Positions 8,193-17,036 of a stretch of DNA of 40,764 nucleotides are shown here, piece after piece. The DNA is taken from assembly GCA_903845135.1 (NCBI GenBank), contig CAIMWL010000117.1, positions 1-40,764 on the forward strand, in the 5' to 3' direction. The notes beneath the pieces are model-generated. The model was not told where the DNA came from. It saw only the letters and a list, made by a program, of their open reading frames with translations, and did no database searches. How positions within the stretch are numbered: position 1 is the first letter of the stretch; the number at the start of each line of letters is the position of its first letter. Both the position numbers and the translations under genes were made by a program. The stretch is from an uncultured Bacillales bacterium (GTDB taxonomy: Bacteria; Bacillota_I; Bacilli_A; RFN20; CAG-826).

Positions 8193-10131
8193 CTTCTTTT
8201 CCCTTTCCAATTACTTCACGAATGGTAAAGTCAATATTTTCTTCGACCCATTTACGACGAACGGACGGGTCCTTACCCATCAAAATGCCCACGCGTCGTT
8301 CCACAATGAGAGGGTCTTCAATATTCACGCGAATTAGTGTTCTTGATTTAGGATCCATCGTTGTTTCTTTGAGTTGAGAGGCATTCATTTCCCCTAAACC
8401 TTTATAGCGCGAAATTCGATATGGTGAACCCACTGTCTTTTTACCTAATTCAAGTTCTGCTTCCGTCCAAGCGTAGACAAATTGACTTGGCTTTTGTTCA
8501 TTCATCACGCGATATAAAGGAGGAATGGCAATATATACTTTTCCTGCTTGGATAAGTGGTCGCATATGATGATAAAAGAACGTGAGTAAAAGGGTTTGAA
8601 TATGCGCACCATCGGTATCAGCGTCCGTCATGATAATGATTTTGCCGTACTTGGAATCTTGAATATCAAACGCCGGACCAACCCCAGCACCGATTGTGGC
8701 AATCAAGGTAGCAAATTCGGTATTTTTTAACATTTGTTCCATGGTTAAACTATCAGTATTAAGGGGTTTTCCTCGTAATGGTAAGATGGCTTGATGCAGC
8801 CGATCACGACCATTTTTTGCCGTCCCACCCGCGGAATCACCTTCGACAATAAATAATTCATTTAAGGCATAATCTTTACTTTGTGCCGGCGTTAGTTTAT
8901 CCGATAGTAGTGTATCGGATCTAAATTTTTTATTGCCTCTAGCTTCTTCTTTTGCTTTTCTTGCTGCCAATCTTGCCGCTTGCGAATCGACACATTTCTT
9001 AATGAGATTGGTGGCAAAATCTTTGTTCTCGGTAAGGTAATAGGTGAGTTTAGATAAAATCATGTTTTGAACGTAGGCTAACGCATCTGGGGTGCCAAGT
9101 TTACCCTTTGTTTGTCCTTCAAATTCAAGTTTACCTTCAGGAATTTTTAAAGAAATAATGGCAGTTAAACCTTCGCGAATATCGCTACCTTCTAATTTCA
9201 CTTTATTTCTTAATAAATTATTCAGTTCAGCATATTCATTAACGGCTCTAGTTAAACCGGCACGAAAACCGTTCTCATGGGTACCACCATCTTTGGTGCG
9301 GATATTATTCACGTAAGAATAAATACTTTCGTTGTAGTCTTGTAAACAATATTGCATGGCCACTTCAATTTTGATTTCGCCCGTTAAATCTTCGAGGACT
9401 AATACTGGATGCATTTTTTCCTTGGTTTCATTTAAAGTGGCAATATACTCTTTTAAACCTTCTTCATAGTAATATTCAGCTTCCATTTTTGTCCGTTCGT
9501 CTTTGGCAATAAATCGAACTTTTTTCATTAAAAAAGCGGATTCTTGTAAATGAGCGATAATCGTTTCCCATTTGAATTCCACCGTACTAAAAACTTTAGG
9601 ATCAGGTTTAAAACGTACTAAAGTCCCAGTTTTATTTGATTTACCGACTTTTTCTAGTTTGCCGATTTTCTTTCCGCCATTTTCAAAGCGAATATGATAA
9701 CTAAAACCATCGCGATTGACCACGACATCAACATACTCAGATAATGCGTTAGTTACTGAAGCACCAACGCCATGTAAACCTGCGCTTGAAACGTAGTTTT
9801 TATCTGAGAATTTGCCACCGCTATGCAGGGTGGAAAAAATGATTTCAACGGCGGGTTTCCCGGTTTGTTTTTGAATGCCGACAGGTATCCCTCGCCCTTC
9901 ATCTTTTACCGATAAAGATCCATCTTGATGAATAATTAAGGTAATGGTGTCGCCAAAACCAGAAAGTGCTTCATCAATTGAATTGTCTAAGATTTCCCAT
10001 ACAAGGTGATGTAAACCGATACTATTAGTTGAACCAATATACATCGCTGGGCGTTTACGAACCCCCTCTAGCCCTTCTAGTACATCTATACTATCTTCGT
10101 TATATGTGTTGAGGTTTTGATTTTTGGCCAT
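8176..10131 (-). CDS. parE: DNA topoisomerase IV subunit B
   Basis: GHKL motifs (EILDNSIDE, GRGIPV, LHSGGKF, GLHGVGASV), TOPRIM EGDSAGG, PLRGK, DADTDG, RYKGLGEM; divergent from plsY as in Bacilli. Confidence 0.93.
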   Translation of the reverse strand: MAKNQNLNTYNEDSIDVLEGLEGVRKRPAMYIGSTNSIGLHHLVWEILDNSIDEALSGFGDTITLIIHQDGSLSVKDEGRGIPVGIQKQTGKPAVEIIFSTLHSGGKFSDKNYVSSAGLHGVGASVTNALSEYVDVVVNRDGFSYHIRFENGGKKIGKLEKVGKSNKTGTLVRFKPDPKVFSTVEFKWETIIAHLQESAFLMKKVRFIAKDERTKMEAEYYYEEGLKEYIATLNETKEKMHPVLVLEDLTGEIKIEVAMQYCLQDYNESIYSYVNNIRTKDGGTHENGFRAGLTRAVNEYAELNNLLRNKVKLEGSDIREGLTAIISLKIPEGKLEFEGQTKGKLGTPDALAYVQNMILSKLTYYLTENKDFATNLIKKCVDSQAARLAARKAKEEARGNKKFRSDTLLSDKLTPAQSKDYALNELFIVEGDSAGGTAKNGRDRLHQAILPLRGKPLNTDSLTMEQMLKNTEFATLIATIGAGVGPAFDIQDSKYGKIIIMTDADTDGAHIQTLLLTFFYHHMRPLIQAGKVYIAIPPLYRVMNEQKPSQFVYAWTEAELELGKKTVGSPYRISRYKGLGEMNASQLKETTMDPKSRTLIRVNIEDPLIVERRVGILMGKDPSVRRKWVEENIDFTIREVIGKGKEDGKKI

Positions 10132-10155
10132 TTTTAGTTATGATTTACCTAAAGC

Positions 10156-10185
10156 ATTATAGCAAAAATCCATAGAAAGCGTAAA
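10156..10185 (-). promoter_or_regulatory. Sigma-A promoter of parE
   Basis: Minus strand TTTACG-N18-TATAAT with extended -10 TG-C-TATAAT. Confidence 0.6.
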
Positions 10186-10189
10186 AATT

Positions 10190-10876
10190 ATGATTGAAAA
10201 CCTCGCATTAACCTTCGTTCCAATGCTGATTGGATACCTCCTAGCATCGATTCCATCTGGGGTATGGATTGGCCAATTACTCTATCGAAAAGATGTCAGG
10301 AAACTTGGTTCGGGAGGCAGCGGGATGACGAATGTTTATCGAAATTTCGGTAAGCTTGCCGCAACGTTGGTTTTTATCATGGATTTAACCAAAAGCATTC
10401 TCCCTGTCTGGATTGCATCCTTGTTCGTATTTCAATGGACCACGTTAGCGACCGAAAACGCATTTTTGGGCCAAGTAGGGATCATGTTAACGGGGATTGG
10501 AACAGGTCTAGGCCATTGTTATCCAATATTCGCGCAATTTAGAGGGGGAAAGGCCGTTTCTTCGGCTGGATCCTTCATGTTAATGACCAATTGGATGATT
10601 GCTTTCATCGGCCTGGCGGTGATGTTAACAATTATTAAAGTTAAAAAGATTGTTTCTATCGGTTCAATATTAGGTCACCTCTTTGCCGTGTTATTAACCT
10701 TCATTTTATGGATCCCTTCCTTATCCGAAATAGGCATGTGGAATGGCGCTCAATCTGGATGGTTATTCACCTTAACAAACTTCTTGATTTGGTTGCTGCT
10801 CGTATATCGTCATAAAGAAAATATCCAGCGATTACTCGCTGGACAAGAGTTAGATTTTAAAAAGAAGAAAGCGTAG
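10190..10876 (+). CDS. plsY: Glycerol-3-phosphate acyltransferase PlsY
   Basis: GYLLASIPSG, DVRKLGSGGSGMTNVYR, D..K, GHCYPIF..FRGGKAV, HKENI.RL motifs. Confidence 0.95.
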   Translation: MIENLALTFVPMLIGYLLASIPSGVWIGQLLYRKDVRKLGSGGSGMTNVYRNFGKLAATLVFIMDLTKSILPVWIASLFVFQWTTLATENAFLGQVGIMLTGIGTGLGHCYPIFAQFRGGKAVSSAGSFMLMTNWMIAFIGLAVMLTIIKVKKIVSIGSILGHLFAVLLTFILWIPSLSEIGMWNGAQSGWLFTLTNFLIWLLLVYRHKENIQRLLAGQELDFKKKKA

Positions 10877-11092
10877 TTATTTTTGTGCGTTCATGCTGTT
10901 AATCACAGCGCGAACTTGCGCTTCATTTGGTTTACGACCCATCGACATAAACATCGCGCGAATCATTTTTTCATTAATCGGTGGGTTTTTGGCTAATTCT
11001 CTTTTAAAGTACCATCTAGACAAGAAGAATCCACCGACGAGACCACCAATTAAACCAATAAATAGATACAATAATGTTTGCCAAATATCCAT
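10877..11092 (-). CDS. yneF: YneF (UPF0154) small membrane protein
   Basis: N-terminal TM helix then KNPPINEKMIRAMFMSMGRKPNE..VR; AGGAGG SD. Confidence 0.92.
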   Translation of the reverse strand: MDIWQTLLYLFIGLIGGLVGGFFLSRWYFKRELAKNPPINEKMIRAMFMSMGRKPNEAQVRAVINSMNAQK

Positions 11093-11112
11093 GATGTAAT
11101 CCTCCTTTAGGA

Positions 11113-11670
11113 TTAAGCGCGACCGTCGTAGCTTCCGTCTTCCGTACGAATGCTGATGGTTTCCCCTTCAGAAATAAATAAGGGGACACGAAGCTTATAA
11201 CCTGTTTCTAAGGTTGCTTCTTTCATCGCCTTATTAATGGTGTCGCCTTTGACAGCCGGTTCACACTCCGTTACCTTTAATGCCACTTTAGCAGGTAAAG
11301 AAACCCCTAAAATTTCGGTTTCATAAAATAAGATTTCAATTTCTTGTTCCGTCACAAGAAAATTAACTTCCCAAGCTAATTTTTCTCTGGTAATTTCTAA
11401 TTGATCAAAGGAAACTTTATCCATGAACACTAAATTACCATTGGCCTCATACAAATAGGTCATTTTCCGCTTATCTAAAGTGATTTTTTCGACATCCGTC
11501 CCACCTAAAAATGACATTTCAGTAATCGAGCCGGTTCGAAGATTCTTTACCTTGGCTTTGACCACCATCTTCCGCATCGCCGTTTTATTTAAACTCACAT
11601 CGATGACGGTGTAAATGTTCTTTTCAAATTCAAAGTGGTTTCCTGGTCTTAATTCCGTTGCATTGACCAT
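11113..11670 (-). CDS. efp: Elongation factor P with non-canonical loop
   Basis: ELRPG, KNLRTG, EPAVKGDT, VPLFI..GE, YDGRA; tip loop is KTAMRK instead of KPGKG. Confidence 0.95.
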   Translation of the reverse strand: MVNATELRPGNHFEFEKNIYTVIDVSLNKTAMRKMVVKAKVKNLRTGSITEMSFLGGTDVEKITLDKRKMTYLYEANGNLVFMDKVSFDQLEITREKLAWEVNFLVTEQEIEILFYETEILGVSLPAKVALKVTECEPAVKGDTINKAMKEATLETGYKLRVPLFISEGETISIRTEDGSYDGRA

Positions 11671-11703
11671 CTTTTTTTCTCCTTTTAATCAAAAAACTAA
11701 CGA

Positions 11704-11853
11704 TTATTTACGTTCTTTATGAACGGTTGGTTTATTACAGCGACTGCAAAATTTCTTCAATTCCATCTTTTCAGGTTTGGTTCTGCGATTTTTACTCGCT
11801 AAATAATTTTCTTCTCCGCAAACCGTGCATTTTAACATAAAACTTTCTCTCAT
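11704..11853 (-). CDS. rpmG: 50S ribosomal protein L33 (Zn-binding form), 49 aa; not in ORF track
   Basis: Hand translation MRESFMLKCTVCGEENYLASKNRRTKPEKMELKKFCSRCNKPTVHKERK; GGAGG SD upstream. Confidence 0.96.
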   Translation of the reverse strand: MRESFMLKCTVCGEENYLASKNRRTKPEKMELKKFCSRCNKPTVHKERK

Positions 11854-11880
11854 CTTTTCATCCTCCAAAGCACGTCCTTT

Positions 11881-11909
11881 AGCATAGCATACATCCGCCT
11901 ATTAATCTA
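11881..11909 (-). promoter_or_regulatory. Possible promoter of rpmG-efp-yneF
   Basis: Extended -10 TG-C-TATGCT (11881-11889) with weak -35 TAGATT 17 nt upstream. Confidence 0.4.
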
Positions 11910-11915
11910 TGGTTT

Positions 11916-12797
11916 TTACTTTATAGTTTCTCGCCAACCTTGAATCAATTGTTTGCTTTTTAACATGGCAATTTCTTTAGCATAAGGAGTCAGTTCATCA
12001 ATCCAAGGGGTTTCAAGAATTTTTGGAAGATGGGCAAGTTGAGGATGGTGGACAAAACGGGTTAAGGCTTCAAAACCGATCGCCCCATAACCGATATTTT
12101 CGTGACGATCTTTTTTTGCGCCTTTGGGATTTTTCGAGTCATTGATATGAATGACCTTCAGTTTATCAAGACCGATGATTTGATCAAAGGATTTGAGAAT
12201 ACCCTCAATATCTTGCACATCATATCCGGCATCATGAATATGGCACGTATCAAGGCAAACGCCTAGTCTTTCAGGGTGGTCACTGTGATCGATTAAATAC
12301 CTTATCTCTTCAAAGCGAATGCCAACTTCGGATCCTTTACCCGCCATGGTTTCTAAGGCGATGGTTACATTGGTTTTATCTTCTGCAAAGACTTGATTAA
12401 GACGTTCTGAAATACTTGCTAAAGCCACTTCACTACCCGCGCCAACATGCGCACCTGGATGCAGTACGAGCGTGGAAAAGCCCATTGATTGAACGCGGGT
12501 CAATTCGCGAATTAAAAAGGTAACCCCGATGGTTGCGGTTTCTGGATTGATGGTGTTGCCTAGATTGATAATATAGGGGGCGTGAACAATGATCTTATCC
12601 AATGGCATACCATGCATTTTCATCAGTTGATGGGCCTCTTGAATTTTCATTATTTCAGTCGGTTTACGAATCGAATTTTGTGGAGCACCCGTATAAATCA
12701 TCATCGTGTTTGCACCATTTTTAATTGAAGTTTCAACGGCATGGATTAAATAATCAGGGGCAACGAGATCGACATGGCTACCGATAAAAAGGGGCAT
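11916..12797 (-). CDS. nfo: Endonuclease IV
   Basis: VHAPYIINL, LHPG, LETMAGKG, CLDTCHIH, HINDS, DRHENIG, ILETP metal-binding motifs. Confidence 0.96.
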   Translation of the reverse strand: MPLFIGSHVDLVAPDYLIHAVETSIKNGANTMMIYTGAPQNSIRKPTEIMKIQEAHQLMKMHGMPLDKIIVHAPYIINLGNTINPETATIGVTFLIRELTRVQSMGFSTLVLHPGAHVGAGSEVALASISERLNQVFAEDKTNVTIALETMAGKGSEVGIRFEEIRYLIDHSDHPERLGVCLDTCHIHDAGYDVQDIEGILKSFDQIIGLDKLKVIHINDSKNPKGAKKDRHENIGYGAIGFEALTRFVHHPQLAHLPKILETPWIDELTPYAKEIAMLKSKQLIQGWRETIK

Positions 12798-12800
12798 GAT

Positions 12801-14141
12801 TTAACCTCCAAATAGTCGAGCGCGAATCTTTTTCTTGATGGCTTTCCGCTTATATTGATGTTTTACTTTTTCAACGGCAAGTTTAACTTTCTTTTTGTAG
12901 CCCGGTTTAACTTCACTCGAACGGTATTTTTGAATGGCAATTTTGATATCTCGACTTAACGCTTCATCTTCTTTTTTAAAGACTTTGCTCCGATTTAAAT
13001 GTCTGATCGGTTGCAGTTGTGAATTTTTTAAACTTAAAAAGCTAAAATGGACACCTCGTTGTTTTAATCTTTCTAAACTATCTTCTTCATGGGAGTTATA
13101 AAACACGTAGGATTGCCCTTCGTTCTTGAAACGTCCGGCACGACCGGCGCGATGAAAATAATAGTCTAAGTCTTGAGGAAGGTCGACGCTCAAAACATCC
13201 GAAACATCTGGTAAGTCCATGCCGCGACTGGCAATATCAGAGGCAACCACAATTTGAAATTCACCACTTTGAATTCGCTTCAATAAGTGCCTTCGCTCTC
13301 TCGCTTGCAGCTCTCCATGTAAACTCGCAACCTTTAACTGCCGTGATTTTAGTGCTTCTTCGATCTGAATGACGCGTTGAACACGGGAAGCAAAAATCAA
13401 AAGAAAGTAAGGTTTTCGAATCGATAAAATCTCGATAATACTTTGAATGGGGTCTTGATGTTTGATATCGATCAAGGCATGCTTGACACCGTAAGGATTG
13501 ATTGATTTTTCTTTTGGTTCAATCGTACTATCTGATTTAAAATATTTAGAGAGGCGATTTAATAGTGGAGCTGCCATCGAGGCGGAAAAAACCAAAATTT
13601 GTGGTTGGGTAAGTTTGGCTAAAATTTGGGTGGTGCTTTCAATAAAACTGGGGTCCATTAACATATCAGCTTCATCCAAGACAAGCGTTTTGAGACCTTG
13701 AAAAACTTGATGATCTAAGATGCCTTGAATTTCATTCACTCTTCCGGGCGTGACAAAAAGAATCTCGGGTAAAGGATTGAGTTTGTCTTGATCATGTTGC
13801 TTATCATAACCACCTTGTAGTAAAACAATTTTAAGCGGTGATCCCAATGTTTCATTCAAGCTTTTGGCAAATTGATAAGTTTGATTGGCTAATTCTCGAG
13901 TTGGAGAAATGACCATCACTTGTAAACCTATTTTAGGCTTTACCATCGCGAATATAGGAATCAAAAAAGCATGAGTTTTCCCACTCCCTGTTTGGTAGCG
14001 AACCACTAATGAATCGCCACGTAAAACCCGAGGAATAACTGATGATTGAACGGGAGTTGAATGAGTATAACCAAGTTTTGATAATGCCTCAATCAATACC
14101 GGGGGTAAATGATAACTTGTAAACGGTAATCCTGTTTCCAT
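12801..14141 (-). CDS. cshB: DEAD-box RNA helicase, CshB-like
   Basis: TPVQ, TGSGKT, PTRELA, TPGR, DEAD, SRGMD, HRAGRAGR, basic C-tail; position upstream of nfo as in Bacilli. Confidence 0.85.
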   Translation of the reverse strand: METGLPFTSYHLPPVLIEALSKLGYTHSTPVQSSVIPRVLRGDSLVVRYQTGSGKTHAFLIPIFAMVKPKIGLQVMVISPTRELANQTYQFAKSLNETLGSPLKIVLLQGGYDKQHDQDKLNPLPEILFVTPGRVNEIQGILDHQVFQGLKTLVLDEADMLMDPSFIESTTQILAKLTQPQILVFSASMAAPLLNRLSKYFKSDSTIEPKEKSINPYGVKHALIDIKHQDPIQSIIEILSIRKPYFLLIFASRVQRVIQIEEALKSRQLKVASLHGELQARERRHLLKRIQSGEFQIVVASDIASRGMDLPDVSDVLSVDLPQDLDYYFHRAGRAGRFKNEGQSYVFYNSHEEDSLERLKQRGVHFSFLSLKNSQLQPIRHLNRSKVFKKEDEALSRDIKIAIQKYRSSEVKPGYKKKVKLAVEKVKHQYKRKAIKKKIRARLFGG

Positions 14142-14153
14142 ATCTTTAGTGTA

Positions 14154-14924
14154 TCAAATCAACCTTGGATAGGCTTGAACAAACCTTGTCACGATGACCA
14201 AAGTTGGATCGAGTGCTTTTAAATAAGCGGCCATGGTCGGGATAAAAATGGATTCTACCTCATGGGCAATTTCCAAATAGTTAAATTTTGCATTCACAAT
14301 TCCTCTTCGCACGTGATGGGCGCTGTCTCCAGACAGAAAAATATCATATCCTTCTTCCAAGGCAGTGGGATAATATTTTGCCCCACCACCGCCAATCAGT
14401 GCCACCCGTTTAATCCACGGATTACCTTCGGCGATCAATTGCACATAAGGTAAATGTAATTTTTGTTTAACCATGCTGGCAAATGCTTCAATTTTCATCG
14501 GTGTCGGTAATGCTCCGCCTCGAGCAAGAACATCGCCTTGAAGAGGGGTAATTTCTTTCAGGCCGATTGCATTCGCAATCGCATCATTCATACCGCCCTT
14601 ACCGGCGTCAAAATTCGTGTGTAAAGAATAAACGGCGATCCGATTTTTTTCTAAACTCATCACCATTTTTTTTCGGGTAGGGTCTTGTTTTAGAACCTTG
14701 TTACGCGAACCATATATGAACGGGTGATGGGTAATCACAAGATCGGGTTTTTCTTTGATGATATCGTCTAAATTTATCCATTCCAAATCTAAAACAATCA
14801 CAACTTTATGAATGTCTTTAGGAAGGTTTCCGCACATCAATCCAACAAAATCACCATAGGGCTTCGCCAATCTTTTCGGAAAATCCTTACCGAAAGCAGA
14901 CAAGAGTTTAGCCGTTTTTAACAT
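14154..14924 (-). CDS. Nif3/YqfO-family dinuclear metal protein
   Basis: ITHHPF, HTNFD, GGG, SGD..HH, IAHEVE motifs; follows trmK. ATG 14924 preferred over TTG 14933. Confidence 0.88.
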   Translation of the reverse strand: MLKTAKLLSAFGKDFPKRLAKPYGDFVGLMCGNLPKDIHKVVIVLDLEWINLDDIIKEKPDLVITHHPFIYGSRNKVLKQDPTRKKMVMSLEKNRIAVYSLHTNFDAGKGGMNDAIANAIGLKEITPLQGDVLARGGALPTPMKIEAFASMVKQKLHLPYVQLIAEGNPWIKRVALIGGGGAKYYPTALEEGYDIFLSGDSAHHVRRGIVNAKFNYLEIAHEVESIFIPTMAAYLKALDPTLVIVTRFVQAYPRLI

Positions 14925-15546
14925 ACGTTTCAATCCAATCTAAGCGTCTACGCTTATGAGCATCTTCCTGATATTGCAGTGATTTTTTAATTTCTAAAGC
15001 TTCTAATTTAAGCCATGTCATAAAAGGCAATTCTCTTTTTTTAATATTGATGGGGCCATAAGCAAGCTCGATTGCTTGTAACTGCATTTGCCCTTTGTTG
15101 ACTTTCAAAATGGGATAACCTTTTTCACCTTCAAGAATAAACTGCTCATCCGTCAAGGTCCATTGATGGTTCATCAACCAAGTTCTTAATAATTCTTGAT
15201 CCCGATGGGGTCCAAGAATGAGCGTGTGGATGTTTTTTAGTTGGGATTCATTTGCTGCTAATATTGCTTGGATCAGTTGACCACCCATGCCGGTAATCAC
15301 AATCGTGCCAATGCCTTTGGGCAGATGATTTAATCCATCCGCTTGATACACCTTTACCGGTAGATCGATCAACGTTTGTTTTAAGTGTTGAAAGCTGGAT
15401 TCACTCAGTTCCGTTGCATAAAGGGATGAACCAAAACCACGCTTTAATAACAGTTGAGGGAGTTGACCGTGATCCGATCCAATATCGACTAATCCGCCTT
15501 GATCTGGGCACATGGAAGCGATGACTTGTAATCGTTGAGAAGGCAT
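14908..15546 (-). CDS. trmK: tRNA (adenine22-N1)-methyltransferase
   Basis: S.RL..IA, DIGSDHG.LP, ADGL, ITGMGG.LI motifs; directly after rpoD. Confidence 0.92.
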   Translation of the reverse strand: MPSQRLQVIASMCPDQGGLVDIGSDHGQLPQLLLKRGFGSSLYATELSESSFQHLKQTLIDLPVKVYQADGLNHLPKGIGTIVITGMGGQLIQAILAANESQLKNIHTLILGPHRDQELLRTWLMNHQWTLTDEQFILEGEKGYPILKVNKGQMQLQAIELAYGPINIKKRELPFMTWLKLEALEIKKSLQYQEDAHKRRRLDWIETYVKNG

Positions 15547-15548
15547 GA

Positions 15549-17036
15549 TTAAGAGTCGCGATAATCCCCAAGACGTTTCGCGCGTGTTGGGTGTCTTAAT
15601 TTACGAATGGCCTTTGCTTCAATTTGCCGAATTCGTTCACGTGTGACCCCAAATTCATGTCCCACTTCTTCAAGGGTGCGAGGGCGATTATCATCAAGAC
15701 CATATCGCAGTCTTAATACTCGTTCTTCGCGATCGGTAAGATCTTGCATGATTTTATATAATTCTTCTTTCAATAAAACTTGGGTGGTGTGATCGGATGG
15801 AGAGGTGGCTTCTTTGTCTTCAATAAAGTCACCTAAATGCGAATCATCTTCTTCACCAATTGGCGTTTCTAACGAAACAGGTTCTAAGGCAATGCGTTGA
15901 ATTTCACGAATTCTTTCCGGAGACATTAAACCTTCCAACTTTTTACTAATTTCTTCTGCGGTAGGTTCTCGGCCTAATTCTTGGACTAATTGGCGCTGGA
16001 CCCTTGTCATCTTATTAATGGTTTCCACCATATGGACGGGGATACGGATGGTTCTAGCTTGGTCAGCAATTGCCCGCGTAATCGCTTGGCGAATCCACCA
16101 TGTTGCATACGTAGAAAATTTAAACCCTTTGGTATAATCAAATTTTTCAACCGCCTTGATTAAACCCATATTGCCTTCTTGAATCAAATCAAGAAATAAC
16201 ATTCCTCGTCCGACATAATGTTTGGCAAGATTTACAACTAAGCGTAAGTTCGCATTAATTAATTTATTTTTTGCTTCCATATCGCCAGCAATAATTGCTT
16301 TAGCAATCGCGACTTCTTCATCTGGTTTTAATAAATCAACTTTGCCAATTTCTTTTAAATACATTTTGACAGAGTCGTTGACTTTGACTTCTGAATTCGC
16401 AAAGACGTCGACTTTGTTAACATCGACTTCATCCTCTGAAACATCAGGTTCATACTCTGTTTCAAAGGGTTCATCGGCGACTACAGCGCCTTTCTTAATT
16501 TCTTCTTCGTCTACCGTTTCTTCTAAATCTTCATCTTCAATTTTGATTTCAATTTTTTTATTTTTAAAATAAACCAATAAATTTTCAGAATCTTCATCGG
16601 TTAAGTCTAAATGTTCGATGGCATCGAATAATTCATCTTGAATGATAAAACCTTCTGTCCCTGCTTTTTTTTCAAAGCGCTTTTTAATTTGCTCTAAAGA
16701 TTCAATTTCATCATCTTCATCTTGAACCGATTTTTTGGATAATCGAGAAAGCAATTTCTTTTCGCCGTCACTTAGCGATGATTTTTTCCCTTTTGAGGCC
16801 TTAAGCACTGGGGTGGGTACTGAAGCTTTTGCCTTGGCTTTTTTGACGATTGGTTCTTGGATTTTAGGTTTAATGATGGCTTTAGCTGGTTTGGTAACCG
16901 CTTTGGTTTTGCTTGGCTTCTTGACCTTAACCGGTTTAATTTTGGCGACTGGTTTAACCGTTTTTTTCGCAACCATTTTTGGTGCCTTTAAAACTTTCTT
17001 CTCTTTACTTTTTTGCATTTTTTTCTTGATTTTCAT
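15549..17036 (-). CDS. rpoD: Primary sigma factor SigA with about 110-aa basic N-terminal extension
   Basis: [11 protein letters not shown] (1.2), [35 protein letters not shown] (2.3-2.4), [11 protein letters not shown] (4.2); AAGGAG SD 9 nt before ATG 17036. Confidence 0.97.
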   Translation of the reverse strand: MKIKKKMQKSKEKKVLKAPKMVAKKTVKPVAKIKPVKVKKPSKTKAVTKPAKAIIKPKIQEPIVKKAKAKASVPTPVLKASKGKKSSLSDGEKKLLSRLSKKSVQDEDDEIESLEQIKKRFEKKAGTEGFIIQDELFDAIEHLDLTDEDSENLLVYFKNKKIEIKIEDEDLEETVDEEEIKKGAVVADEPFETEYEPDVSEDEVDVNKVDVFANSEVKVNDSVKMYLKEIGKVDLLKPDEEVAIAKAIIAGDMEAKNKLINANLRLVVNLAKHYVGRGMLFLDLIQEGNMGLIKAVEKFDYTKGFKFSTYATWWIRQAITRAIADQARTIRIPVHMVETINKMTRVQRQLVQELGREPTAEEISKKLEGLMSPERIREIQRIALEPVSLETPIGEEDDSHLGDFIEDKEATSPSDHTTQVLLKEELYKIMQDLTDREERVLRLRYGLDDNRPRTLEEVGHEFGVTRERIRQIEAKAIRKLRHPTRAKRLGDYRDS

